The notes under the pieces: generated by a model
Databases searched by the model: none
Seen by the model: the letters and a program-made list of their open reading frames with translations, nothing else
What the model was told of the DNA's origin: nothing
NCBI GenBank assembly: GCA_014764605.1
Contig: JACXWG010000001.1
Location: 1-62,332 of the forward strand
Direction: 5' to 3'
Origin: Quinella sp. 1Q5
GTDB lineage: Bacteria > Bacillota > Negativicutes > Selenomonadales > Selenomonadaceae
DNA length: 62,332 bases
Program-made: the position numbers and the translations under genes
Shown here: one piece after another, positions 9,438 through 17,570 of the stretch
How positions within the stretch are numbered: the first letter of the stretch is position 1
Layout of the letters: the number at the start of each line of letters is the position of its first letter

Positions 9438-10355
9438 TTGAGAATTTTATTTACAGCGGCGGCGTTTACTCTGGCAATAGCGTTTGTGCTGTCGGCAATG
9501 CCAACGGGAAATGCGGCAGTTTATCAGCAAGGTATCGTCTACGTGATTTACGAGGAGGAAGGCGACGCGGCACCCATTGACAATACGGACTTAAATATAA
9601 ACGGCGTGCCCGATGTAGTCGAAGACGTTGCCACGCAGGTTAATGCCGCCCGCGAACTCTTCAAGGACGTTTTTAAATTTCCCGACCCGCTCGAATCCGA
9701 ACGCTTTAAAGATGTCACGTCAATCGAAATCGACATTGAGTCAAAGCAGATTATGGGCAGGTGGAACGGCAATTCAAGTCAGCGGGTGAGAAAGCAATCC
9801 AAGCACGACCCTAACGAACGGGCTTTACATTTCCGAGTTGCCAATACGGTAAATCCTCGTAAGAATTCGACGCCGGCGCACGAATATTTTCATCTATTGC
9901 AATATGGGGTGACATATTTTAGGAATAACTGGTTCAAAGAGGGCACAGCACGTTGGGCGCAAGACTCAGTACGCAAGATAAAATATCCCGACGGTAAGAA
10001 TGTTCCTTCAATGCTGGAGGACAAGATGTTTGAGGAAAAACTCTTTCAAGGTAGCTACGATATGGCGGAGCAATTTTGGTATCCGTTGGTGGTGAACATG
10101 AACGACAAAGCGAAGATACCTGATAGCTTAGTTACGAAATATAGATATGTGAACGGGTCGCCAGTGTTCCAAGACGACACTATTTACGGACCAAATGTCA
10201 TACGCGAAGTAATTCTGGTTATGAAGTCAAAGGAGCCACTTGCGGCGGCAGAGTACGGAACTTTAAAGCAATGGCGGAAGAAAGGTCAACAAGACGAGAG
10301 GAACAATAAATTTATCTTGGCAAGCGTGCGCGAGGTTTATTATGGAAAACTTTAA
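9438..10355 (+). CDS. Secreted protein with HEXXH zinc-metalloprotease motif
   Basis: TTG start after AAGGAGG. Signal peptide LRILFTAAAFTLAIAFVLSAMPTGNA. HEYFH at PAHEYFHLLQYG. Confidence 0.6.
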   Translation: MRILFTAAAFTLAIAFVLSAMPTGNAAVYQQGIVYVIYEEEGDAAPIDNTDLNINGVPDVVEDVATQVNAARELFKDVFKFPDPLESERFKDVTSIEIDIESKQIMGRWNGNSSQRVRKQSKHDPNERALHFRVANTVNPRKNSTPAHEYFHLLQYGVTYFRNNWFKEGTARWAQDSVRKIKYPDGKNVPSMLEDKMFEEKLFQGSYDMAEQFWYPLVVNMNDKAKIPDSLVTKYRYVNGSPVFQDDTIYGPNVIREVILVMKSKEPLAAAEYGTLKQWRKKGQQDERNNKFILASVREVYYGKL

Positions 10356-10983
10356 GACGGTAGCGGACGGTGAAATTTTCAATGCGGCGTATGAAGTCAA
10401 CAAGTCGAAGTTCTTGACGCACGTCAGGCACGTCGAGACAGAGGGGGAGGCGCGAGACTTTGTGCTTTTGATTCGCAAGAAATATTTTGACGCGACGCAT
10501 AATTGCTCGGCGTGGATACTCGGTGAACGCGGCGATAAACAGAAGTCAAACGACGACGGCGAACCCGGCGGCACGGCTGGCAATCCAATCCTTGAGACGA
10601 TTAAGAAGAATGAGCTGACCAACTGCGCAATCGTCGTAACGCGCTACTTTGGCGGGATAAAGCTCGGCGCGGGCGGTTTGATTCGGGCTTACTCACATAG
10701 TGCGGCTTTGGGCATTGCCAATTCAAAGCTCGTGCGCATGACGACCTTTAAGAAGATTTCCTTGACGCTCGAATACAACTTCCTAGCGACGGTGGAAAAT
10801 TATCTACGCAATAAAAAAATCCGCGTCGCCAACACCGATTATGCCGATGTCGTGACGCAGGAGCTTTTTCTTTTGCCGGAGCAAGTCGAACCTTTTCTGC
10901 TAGAGCTGAACGATTTGACTGCCGCGAACTTTCTGTATGAGGAGCTTGGCGAAGTTCTTATCCCCGTCGAAGTGCTTACCTAA
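10342..10983 (+). CDS. yigZ: YigZ/IMPACT family protein
   Basis: KSKF...HNCSAW...DDGEPGGTAG.PIL...VVVTRYFGGIKLG is the pattern of the UPF0029/IMPACT N-domain. Confidence 0.85.
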   Translation: MENFKTVADGEIFNAAYEVNKSKFLTHVRHVETEGEARDFVLLIRKKYFDATHNCSAWILGERGDKQKSNDDGEPGGTAGNPILETIKKNELTNCAIVVTRYFGGIKLGAGGLIRAYSHSAALGIANSKLVRMTTFKKISLTLEYNFLATVENYLRNKKIRVANTDYADVVTQELFLLPEQVEPFLLELNDLTAANFLYEELGEVLIPVEVLT

Positions 10984-12310
10984 GGTTCAAATATTTATCT
11001 AACCAACCGGCGACCGCCTCGCCGATTATTTTTTTGCCTTCGGCGTCGGGGTGCAAGCCGTCAACGCTAAGAGACTCAATCAAGTTGCCCGCCTCGTCGG
11101 TGAGTTTGTCGTTTACGTCGATGAAGTTTTCTTGGTCGCGAATCCAATCGCAGATAAATCGCTGATGTTCTTGCCAATCCTTTGGCGGCAAGTCGATAAA
11201 GCCGAGCTTTTGAATTTGCGCGGGGTTAAGGGGCGTGGGCGTAAGGAACACGGGCTTAATTCCGTTAAGTTCGCACTTGTCACGAAGAGCCGCTAAGTTC
11301 TCAACCGATTCATAGCCGAGAATATTTGCGCGATAATCATTGACGCCCGCCATAATGAAGAGGACTTCGGGGCGGAAGGGCAAGACATCATTATCAAAGC
11401 GAGCGAGAATCTCCGCCGTGGTGTCGCCGCTCCTAGCAAGATTCTTAATGGGAATGGCGCAATAGGTTTCCCAGTTGTACATAACGGTTGAGGGCGGAAC
11501 GGAGATTGAGCCGCCGCCGTGAGTAATGCTATCGCCCAAGGCGCAGAATCGGACTTGATGCTTGACCTCGAAACTGTTTGCCGCGTCCTTAGTCGACCAC
11601 TGCGTAATCGGCTGATTGTCCTGATTGAGCGCACGCACCCGCCAGAAGTATTCGCCCTCATCAAGCACGGGAACCTTATCATATAAGTCGAAATCGTCTT
11701 CCTGCTGTTGCGTCGACGTAAAATACCGGCGAATAATCTTGCCGTCCTTTATAAGTTCAATTTCATAATGGTCTGCGCCGCTCGTCGGAATCCACGAATA
11801 CACGGGGTAAATCGGCGGATAGTTCATCTTATCAAATTCAGTCGTCGTGAGCGGGGCAGGCGGGTTGGTGTCTATCGTGACGATTGGCAACTTGTTCTGG
11901 AGCGTCGTCCCCTCCAACGAGACGGCGTTGACTTGAAACTTTGCGTTGACGTTGTCCACGGGGATTTCAATGCCGTTGGTGTAAGCGAACAGCGAATTGC
12001 CCGCTATGAAGACTTCATACTTGACGGCGTTAGGCACGATGTCCCAGTGAAGCCGCAAGATATTTTGTTCGCTAGGAATGATTTCTTCGGGCATGTCTTG
12101 TGCGGGAGAGTTCGTCGCGTCTTCAAAGGTGTAGACCTCGGCAATCACGGCGGTTTGAGCGTCCTTGTCCTGCGTCAAGTGATTGTGCGGGGCGCGGGCG
12201 TCGGCTACTTTTATCGAATCCTCTTCCGTAATGTGTCCGCCAAGATTGATAAAGCCGAGATTGGAAAAACAAAGAGCAAGGGCAAGGACAATCGGCAAGG
12301 CTCTTAACAT
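10976..12310 (-). CDS. Secreted SGNH/GDSL hydrolase with N-terminal beta-rich domains
   Basis: Signal peptide MLRALPIVLALALCF. GDSITHGGG block I, MAGVNDY block III, DGLHPD block V. ATG follows GGAGGAG. Confidence 0.8.
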   Translation of the reverse strand: MLRALPIVLALALCFSNLGFINLGGHITEEDSIKVADARAPHNHLTQDKDAQTAVIAEVYTFEDATNSPAQDMPEEIIPSEQNILRLHWDIVPNAVKYEVFIAGNSLFAYTNGIEIPVDNVNAKFQVNAVSLEGTTLQNKLPIVTIDTNPPAPLTTTEFDKMNYPPIYPVYSWIPTSGADHYEIELIKDGKIIRRYFTSTQQQEDDFDLYDKVPVLDEGEYFWRVRALNQDNQPITQWSTKDAANSFEVKHQVRFCALGDSITHGGGSISVPPSTVMYNWETYCAIPIKNLARSGDTTAEILARFDNDVLPFRPEVLFIMAGVNDYRANILGYESVENLAALRDKCELNGIKPVFLTPTPLNPAQIQKLGFIDLPPKDWQEHQRFICDWIRDQENFIDVNDKLTDEAGNLIESLSVDGLHPDAEGKKIIGEAVAGWLDKYLNLR

Positions 12311-13944
12311 AGCAACTCCTCCCAACGCAAATAAAGTTCGTCAATCTCCGCGAGCTTATCGACGTGCGCCGTCGCCAATGCCGTCAACTTGTCTGGCTCG
12401 ACTGCTCCGTTTATCTCGTGCTCAATCATCTTTAATTCCATCTCCGCCATTTTTATTTGCGCCTCGACTTTGTTTAGTGCTTGCTCGTTCGGTTTAGGCG
12501 CGGAAGATTTCTTCTTGTCGCCTTTAATCTTGTCGTCCTTTAGTGGTTTAGGCTCTGTTGTCTCGGCGAATTCTATTATTCGCGTCGCCACTTTGTCAAG
12601 CAAGTATCGGTCGTGCGTGACGATTAGGATTGTCCCGTCGAAGTCTTGCAACGCTGATTCGATTGCCTCCCGTGCGGGCAAGTCCAGATGATTGGTCGGC
12701 TCGTCTAGGATTAGGAAGTTTGCCCCCGTCAAGATTAGTTTCGTTAGTGCGACGCGTGTTTTTTCTCCTCCCGATAAATCAGCGATGGGTTTCTCGACAA
12801 CTTGCGCGAACAAATTCAATCTTGCCAGCTCCGAACGTGCTTGACCTTCCGTCAATCCGAATTCGTTGTTAAGTTCCTCAAGCGGCGTTGCGTTCTCGTT
12901 AAGTTCCTTGTGCCCCTGCGACAGGTACCCGACCTTGACGCGATTGCCGATTTTAATTTCGCCGCTGTCAGCTTTAAGCTCGCCGACGATAAGTTTTAGC
13001 AATGTAGATTTGCCGACGCCGTTTCGACCAATTAAGCCGACCTTTTCCCCTTTGAACAGTTCCGCGCTGAAGTCTCGGATTATCTCTTTGAAGTTGACGC
13101 CCTCCAGAATCAAAACGCGATTAGCGGACTCTGAAGCGTCTCCTAGTCTGATTGTCGATTGCTCTGTTGACGGCGGCTTTTCCAGGCGTTGCATACGGTC
13201 AAGCAGTGTTTGTCGCCCGCGAGCCTGCTTAGCCTTGACGCCTGCCTTATTGCGCCTGACGAACTCTTCAAGCTTGCTAATCTCTTCCTGCTGCCGTTCG
13301 TAGGCTTTAAGCTCCGCCGCGTGTCGTTCCCGCTTAAGCTGAACAAACTTTTCGTAGTTGCCGGGGTAAAGCGTCGCCCGCCCGCCTTCCATGTCCAAAA
13401 TCTTTCCGACGCACTGTTGAAGGAAATGTCTATCGTGCGTGACGGCAATGACTGTTCCGCGATAATTCTTGACGAACTCTTCAAGGAACTCAATCGAGTA
13501 AATGTCCAGATGATTTGTCGGCTCGTCTAGGATTAGGATACGCGGTTCGTTGAGGAGTGCCTTAGCCAAAGAAATCTTTGCTGACTCGCCGCCGCTGAAG
13601 TGATTCGGACTCTTTGCAAGCTCTGGTTCAGTGAAACCTAGCCCGAATAAAATTTTCCGCGCTTGGAACTTCTCGACGCCTTCGACCGTCAACATTTCGT
13701 CTAGGAGCGTCGCGGCAGTGAATCGGGGCGTCTGTTCGACAAAGCCAATGTCCTCTGCCCTTAGCCCGCTGATTGTCCCCGCGTCGAAGGGTTCCGCGCC
13801 AATCATAATCTTAACCAACGTGGACTTGCCTGCGCCGTTCTTACCGACGATGCCGACATGTTCCCCGTCAACAATCTTGAAGGTTACGTCGCGGAAGATG
13901 AGCCGCTCGCCGTAATACTTTTTAACGTTATCAAGTTGAATCAT
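12304..13944 (-). CDS. ABC-F family ATPase (two ABC domains, no TM; translation-factor type)
   Basis: Two Walker A motifs (GKNGAGKST, GRNGVGKST), two LSGGE signatures, a charged interdomain linker and a C-terminal coiled coil. Confidence 0.9.
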   Translation of the reverse strand: MIQLDNVKKYYGERLIFRDVTFKIVDGEHVGIVGKNGAGKSTLVKIMIGAEPFDAGTISGLRAEDIGFVEQTPRFTAATLLDEMLTVEGVEKFQARKILFGLGFTEPELAKSPNHFSGGESAKISLAKALLNEPRILILDEPTNHLDIYSIEFLEEFVKNYRGTVIAVTHDRHFLQQCVGKILDMEGGRATLYPGNYEKFVQLKRERHAAELKAYERQQEEISKLEEFVRRNKAGVKAKQARGRQTLLDRMQRLEKPPSTEQSTIRLGDASESANRVLILEGVNFKEIIRDFSAELFKGEKVGLIGRNGVGKSTLLKLIVGELKADSGEIKIGNRVKVGYLSQGHKELNENATPLEELNNEFGLTEGQARSELARLNLFAQVVEKPIADLSGGEKTRVALTKLILTGANFLILDEPTNHLDLPAREAIESALQDFDGTILIVTHDRYLLDKVATRIIEFAETTEPKPLKDDKIKGDKKKSSAPKPNEQALNKVEAQIKMAEMELKMIEHEINGAVEPDKLTALATAHVDKLAEIDELYLRWEELLC

Positions 13945-13986
13945 TGCCTCGCCTCAAAAGTTTTTCTTGCATGATAGCAGAAAAGA

Positions 13987-14015
13987 AACGTCGCCGCAAA
14001 TTTTTATGCTATAAT
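13987..14015 (+). promoter_or_regulatory. Extended -10 promoter
   Basis: TGcTATAAT at 14007-14015. The -35 is weak. Confidence 0.35.
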
Positions 14016-14035
14016 CGGCGCGGAGGTGTTGAGTT

Positions 14036-14668
14036 ATGCGGAAAATATTTTTAATGCTGGTGTTCCTGATGATGTTGATGAGTTCGGCAAGCGCGGCGAC
14101 GATTGAGACGGCTTACTTTAACGGCAACGAGAAATTAGCTTATCCCGTCGTGACCACTGGAGACGAGGCGATTGACCAAAAGATTAACCGCAAGATTAAA
14201 GAAGAGCTTATGGGTTTTATCAAGGGCATTCACTACGACGCCCAATACTATGACCGCAAAGTCCTTGACGCCCGCACAATCTATGAGGTCGGCTCCAATC
14301 AGGCGGGCAACACGGTTATCCTAAGCATCGTCATGACCGAGAGCAAATACATTGAGGGCGCGGCGCACCCTGCGACTTGGAAACGCGTTTTGAACTTCAA
14401 CACGTCGAGTGGTAATCGCATGGGCTTAAATTACCTGACGGAGGTCGGCGAAGGCTTGAGGACAGGTTACCTCCTTGAACGCTTGGAGCAAAAGCTTCGT
14501 GAGAAAGTCAAGCGCGAGGGAATTTATCTTTTTGAAGAGGCCTTGCCGCTTAAGCAGTTGCCGGAGAATTTTTACTGGGACAAAAACTTACACGTGCATT
14601 TTATCTTCCAGCATTACGAGGTTGCACCATACGCGGCGGGGATAATCGACGTGGACATTGACGCCTAA
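14036..14668 (+). CDS. Secreted DUF3298/DUF4163-like protein
   Basis: Signal peptide ending SASA. The C-terminal ...YEVAPYAAGIIDVDI is typical of the DUF3298 fold as I recall it. Confidence 0.6.
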   Translation: MRKIFLMLVFLMMLMSSASAATIETAYFNGNEKLAYPVVTTGDEAIDQKINRKIKEELMGFIKGIHYDAQYYDRKVLDARTIYEVGSNQAGNTVILSIVMTESKYIEGAAHPATWKRVLNFNTSSGNRMGLNYLTEVGEGLRTGYLLERLEQKLREKVKREGIYLFEEALPLKQLPENFYWDKNLHVHFIFQHYEVAPYAAGIIDVDIDA

Positions 14669-14678
14669 GCAAAAGAAA

Positions 14679-14713
14679 AGAGCCGTTCGCGATTGAGCGG
14701 CTCTGATTTTTTT
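14679..14713. terminator. Bidirectional intrinsic terminator
   Basis: AGAGCCGTTC/GAGCGGCTCT stem. A T-run follows on the plus strand, and TTTTCTTTT follows on the minus strand. Confidence 0.7.
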
Positions 14714-14725
14714 GCAAAGCTTTAA

Positions 14726-14806
14726 TCAATAGATGTTGTGCTTAACGCGGTCGTGTTCTTCCGACTTCTTAGCGTCGTTCCAACGGTCTGTCGTGCCGAC
14801 CAGATA
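14726..14806 (-). CDS. Distal coding segment (26 codons) of the NrdD-like glycyl-radical mini-protein
   Basis: Translates to YLVGTTDRWNDAKKSEEHDRVKHNIY*. This continues the RRITG ending of the upstream ORF into the class III RNR glycyl-radical tail pattern G-Y-L-x-G...N-x-x-K-x-x-E...R-V-K-H. Confidence 0.5.
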   Translation of the reverse strand, partial: YLVGTTDRWNDAKKSEEHDRVKHNIY

Positions 14807-15051
14807 CATTTTGTTATCGCCGAGCTTTTTATCTCGACTTCTGCAAGTCGCCCTGCAGTTCAGCATATCTTTTCACGCATTGCCGCAAGCGTGGCGCGGT
14901 CTCGTGGGCAGATTATTTCACTGCCTATGCGTTGCGGCTGGCTTAAAGCCTTCACCTCTGATTATCTCAATGAGACTTCCCAGATTTTTACCGCGCTGAT
15001 AATCCGTCGTCTTCATGCGGCTTGACGGCGGACGGCTATCCTTTATCAGGC
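14807..15051 (-). other. 245-nt structured intervening sequence, candidate group I intron
   Basis: Preceded by U and ends in G. Nt 11-18 (GGAUAGCC) are complementary to the exon junction GGU|UAUCU. AAGAUAU followed by GCUG can pair with CAGC (P7-like). A-rich joiners flank the UCUG/CAGA and GUCUC/GAGAU helices. Several further hairpins are present. It contains no long ORF. Confidence 0.45.
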
Positions 15052-15255
15052 ACCTGTGATGCGGCGGATACGTTCAAACTTCTCGCCGCGTGCCGTGTAG
15101 CTGACATCAACCATACCGTCATCACACAGCTTAACATTAATCGTCTTTACCGGCATTGAGACCCGCCCGCGAACGTAAGCAACGTAATTGGCTGCCTCTT
15201 CGCGGGTGGCGTCGTCTATGCCAGCAAAGTTTACCTTAACGCCGTCAACAATCAT
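15046..15255 (-). CDS. Small protein ending in an NrdD-like RRITG glycyl-radical half-motif (proximal coding segment 15052-15255 plus 2 read-through codons)
   Basis: ATG lies 9 nt after GAGGAAG and immediately after the mscS stop. The ORF ends ...GEKFERIRRITG-A-stop. Confidence 0.7.
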   Translation of the reverse strand: MIVDGVKVNFAGIDDATREEAANYVAYVRGRVSMPVKTINVKLCDDGMVDVSYTARGEKFERIRRITGA

Positions 15256-15261
15256 AAGCAA

Positions 15262-16362
15262 TCACTTCCTCAAGTCAATTTTTGTATCATCAGGCAAATC
15301 AAGCGTGCGAATCGGGAACGGAATGTTAATGCCCTCTTCGCGATAACGCTTGGTAATCGCCTTAATGAATTCGTGCTTAAGAAGATACTGATTAGTAAAG
15401 GTTTGGACGTGCATAACCGCGTTGAAGTCAATCGACGAATCATTGAAAGCTTGATAGCGGACAACGGGCGCAAGTTTGTTCCTGTCGACGCCTTCGGAAT
15501 CAAAACGCGGTTCGTAGCCGTCAATCTTAATCTGAAGTTCGCGGGCAACTTCCACAGTCACGCGCTCCACTTGCTCAAGGTCGCTTTCATAACCGACGCC
15601 GATAGGAACGACAACGACAATATCATCGCGGGGTTGAGAGAAATTCGACGTAACGGCATTAGCGATAACCTTGTTAGGAATGACCACGACGCTACCTTCA
15701 TTAGCGGGCATGACCGTAATAAAACGCCAGTTGATGTCGATAACTTTGCCTTCGTCGCCGGTTGAAAGTTTAATGTAGTCGTTAACGCGCAGTTGCTTAG
15801 AAATGATGAGTTGCAATCCAGAGAAAATATTCTCCAAGGTCTCGCGAACACCGAAGGCAACCGCCATACCGCCGACACCCATTGCCGCCATAATCGGGGC
15901 TATCGAAATGTTGAAGTAATCCAGAATGACTAGCGCACCCGACGCATAAATTGCCACACGGAAAATCGTATCAAGTAGCGTCGATTGAGTCATATCGCTT
16001 GAGCCAGAAAACTTCATGCGGATAAAGCCCGATAACGTCCGCTCACAAACCCGCGTTATAGAAAAGACAATCATCGCGAACAAGACGTAGGAGAAAATCT
16101 TTTCGAGACCGGCGGGCATGTTGGAGGTCGTGACGCTCCAATAAAGCCCAATCACAATGCAAAGGTAAATCGGTACACCCTTCATCGCACGGAAGAAGAT
16201 TTCAAATATCTCCGAGTCGCTCGCCTTAACGCGTCCTTCCATTTTGCTTTGAATAAATCTGTTCAGCATTACGCCGAAACATAACGAGACGAACAATATA
16301 CACGCTGGGACAATGAGCTTTTCTCCCAATGCCAGCCAATCAATATTTTGAAGATAATCCAA
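15262..16362 (-). CDS. mscS: Mechanosensitive ion channel, MscS family
   Basis: TM helices followed by the conserved ...NIFSGLQLIISKQLRVNDYIKL...G.V.DI..R beta-domain. TTG start lies 6 nt after AAGAGGTG. The track's GTG at 16371 overlaps the RBS. Confidence 0.88.
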   Translation of the reverse strand: MDYLQNIDWLALGEKLIVPACILFVSLCFGVMLNRFIQSKMEGRVKASDSEIFEIFFRAMKGVPIYLCIVIGLYWSVTTSNMPAGLEKIFSYVLFAMIVFSITRVCERTLSGFIRMKFSGSSDMTQSTLLDTIFRVAIYASGALVILDYFNISIAPIMAAMGVGGMAVAFGVRETLENIFSGLQLIISKQLRVNDYIKLSTGDEGKVIDINWRFITVMPANEGSVVVIPNKVIANAVTSNFSQPRDDIVVVVPIGVGYESDLEQVERVTVEVARELQIKIDGYEPRFDSEGVDRNKLAPVVRYQAFNDSSIDFNAVMHVQTFTNQYLLKHEFIKAITKRYREEGINIPFPIRTLDLPDDTKIDLRK

Positions 16363-16428
16363 ACAAAACACCTCTTACTTGAAAAAAATTTTTACAGCCG
16401 ATATATTAAACGCAAGGAGTTGATAGAA

Positions 16429-16935
16429 ATGATTCTAATCGAAGGAAAGAGATTGCGTTTAAGGCGTGCGAACGTAACGGACTTAGGGTACATCATGGCG
16501 TTACAATACGCGCCAGAGAACTTGAAATTCATCGTGCCGTTCAGCGAAGAGTATCACCGCGAGATTATCGACTCGGACGGCTTGGAAAAGTTGGACGTGA
16601 TTGTTGAGGAGATTGACACGGGGCAAGCCGTCGGATATTTCATGCTCCGCGAGATGGATTCGCCGTTCATTGAGTTTACCCACGTCATCATTGGGCGCAA
16701 GGGGCTGGGCTACGGGCGCGAGGCTTTGAACCTTCTGCTTGAGTGGACGTTCAAAGTTAGGAATTATCATCGCGTTTGGATTGACTGCAAGGAATACAAT
16801 TCAATCGCCCTGCACCTTTACGAGAGTTTGGGCTTTGTGCGTGAAGGCGTCCTGCGTGAAATCATTTTAACCGATGGCGTCTGGGAAAACTTAATCGTGC
16901 TTGGAATGCTTGACCGCGAATACTTCAGCCATTAA
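16429..16935 (+). CDS. GNAT family N-acetyltransferase (RimJ/RimL-like)
   Basis: LRLRRANVTD...IGRKGLGYGREAL...LGF is an acetyl-CoA binding pattern. ATG follows AAGGAG. Confidence 0.85.
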   Translation: MILIEGKRLRLRRANVTDLGYIMALQYAPENLKFIVPFSEEYHREIIDSDGLEKLDVIVEEIDTGQAVGYFMLREMDSPFIEFTHVIIGRKGLGYGREALNLLLEWTFKVRNYHRVWIDCKEYNSIALHLYESLGFVREGVLREIILTDGVWENLIVLGMLDREYFSH

Positions 16936-16939
16936 CCGA

Positions 16940-16976
16940 AAAAATTATCCCCCGCACTCAGCGAGGGATTTTTATT
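16940..16976. terminator. Bidirectional intrinsic terminator
   Basis: ATCCCCCGC/GCGAGGGAT stem flanked by an A-run and a T-run, between convergent genes. Confidence 0.6.
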
Positions 16977-16989
16977 ACGTTTAAGAAGT

Positions 16990-17418
16990 TTACACAGCCT
17001 TAGCCAAATCCTCGCCGAGTTTGCGGCACTCTTCAAGGACAGTATCATCAGGAGCATTTTCAGCAATCACGGAGCCGACGAATTTCGCGCCCGCCTCTTT
17101 AGTGCGTTCAGACCAATTTTCCATCCAAATGCCGCCGCCCCAGCCATAGGAACCGAACAGCCCGACGGGTACGCCGTTAAGTTTGGTCTCGGCTTCGGCG
17201 AAGAACGGCTCAAAGGAATCCTCTTCCAAAACCTCATCGCCCATTGCCGGGCAACCGAACAGGAAACCGTTATAATCCGCCATGTCAGATGCGTTGAAGT
17301 CGTCTACCTGGAAAATCTCGACATCTGCATCCGCCGCTTTTGCGCCTTCTGCTACGGCGTTTGCCATTTCCTCAGTATTGCCAGTGCCGCTCCAAAACAC
17401 GACCGCGATTTTACTCAT
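16990..17418 (-). CDS. Flavodoxin (short-chain)
   Basis: KIAVVFWSGTGNTEEMA FMN-phosphate loop. About 142 aa. Confidence 0.92.
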   Translation of the reverse strand: MSKIAVVFWSGTGNTEEMANAVAEGAKAADADVEIFQVDDFNASDMADYNGFLFGCPAMGDEVLEEDSFEPFFAEAETKLNGVPVGLFGSYGWGGGIWMENWSERTKEAGAKFVGSVIAENAPDDTVLEECRKLGEDLAKAV

Positions 17419-17458
17419 CAAGAATCGCCTCCAAAAATTTTACTCTACAAACGCGCAC

Positions 17459-17487
17459 ATATTAACACAGCCCCTTTTGCCCGTCAA
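17459..17487 (-). promoter_or_regulatory. Sigma-70-like promoter of the flavodoxin gene
   Basis: TTGACG, 17 nt, TAATAT, with a TG extension (TGtTAATAT) on the minus strand. Confidence 0.5.
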
Positions 17488-17505
17488 TAAATTTGTCAAG
17501 ATAAA

Positions 17506-17534
17506 TTGCCTAAAGCGGCAAAGGGTTGTATAAT
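17506..17534 (+). promoter_or_regulatory. Sigma-70-like promoter of the HD-domain gene and glnS
   Basis: TTGCCT, 17 nt, TATAAT. Confidence 0.55.
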
Positions 17535-17570
17535 CGCGCTAATGTTGTTTTAATCTATGGAGGTGATGTG

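Noticed and set aside
14733-15025. Plus-strand ORFs of 88 and 95 aa (14733..14999, 14738..15025).
   Set aside because: They have no RBS and odd Leu/Ser/Arg-rich composition. They lie opposite the structured insertion and the NrdD-like tail on the minus strand, so they are shadow ORFs.
14807-15051. The 245-nt insertion as a MITE/IS remnant, an intein or a translational bypass element.
   Set aside because: It has no terminal inverted repeats and no target-site duplication at the boundaries. It is not in frame and has multiple stops, so it is not an intein. It is far longer than known bypass gaps. Simple pseudogene decay cannot be excluded without transcript data.
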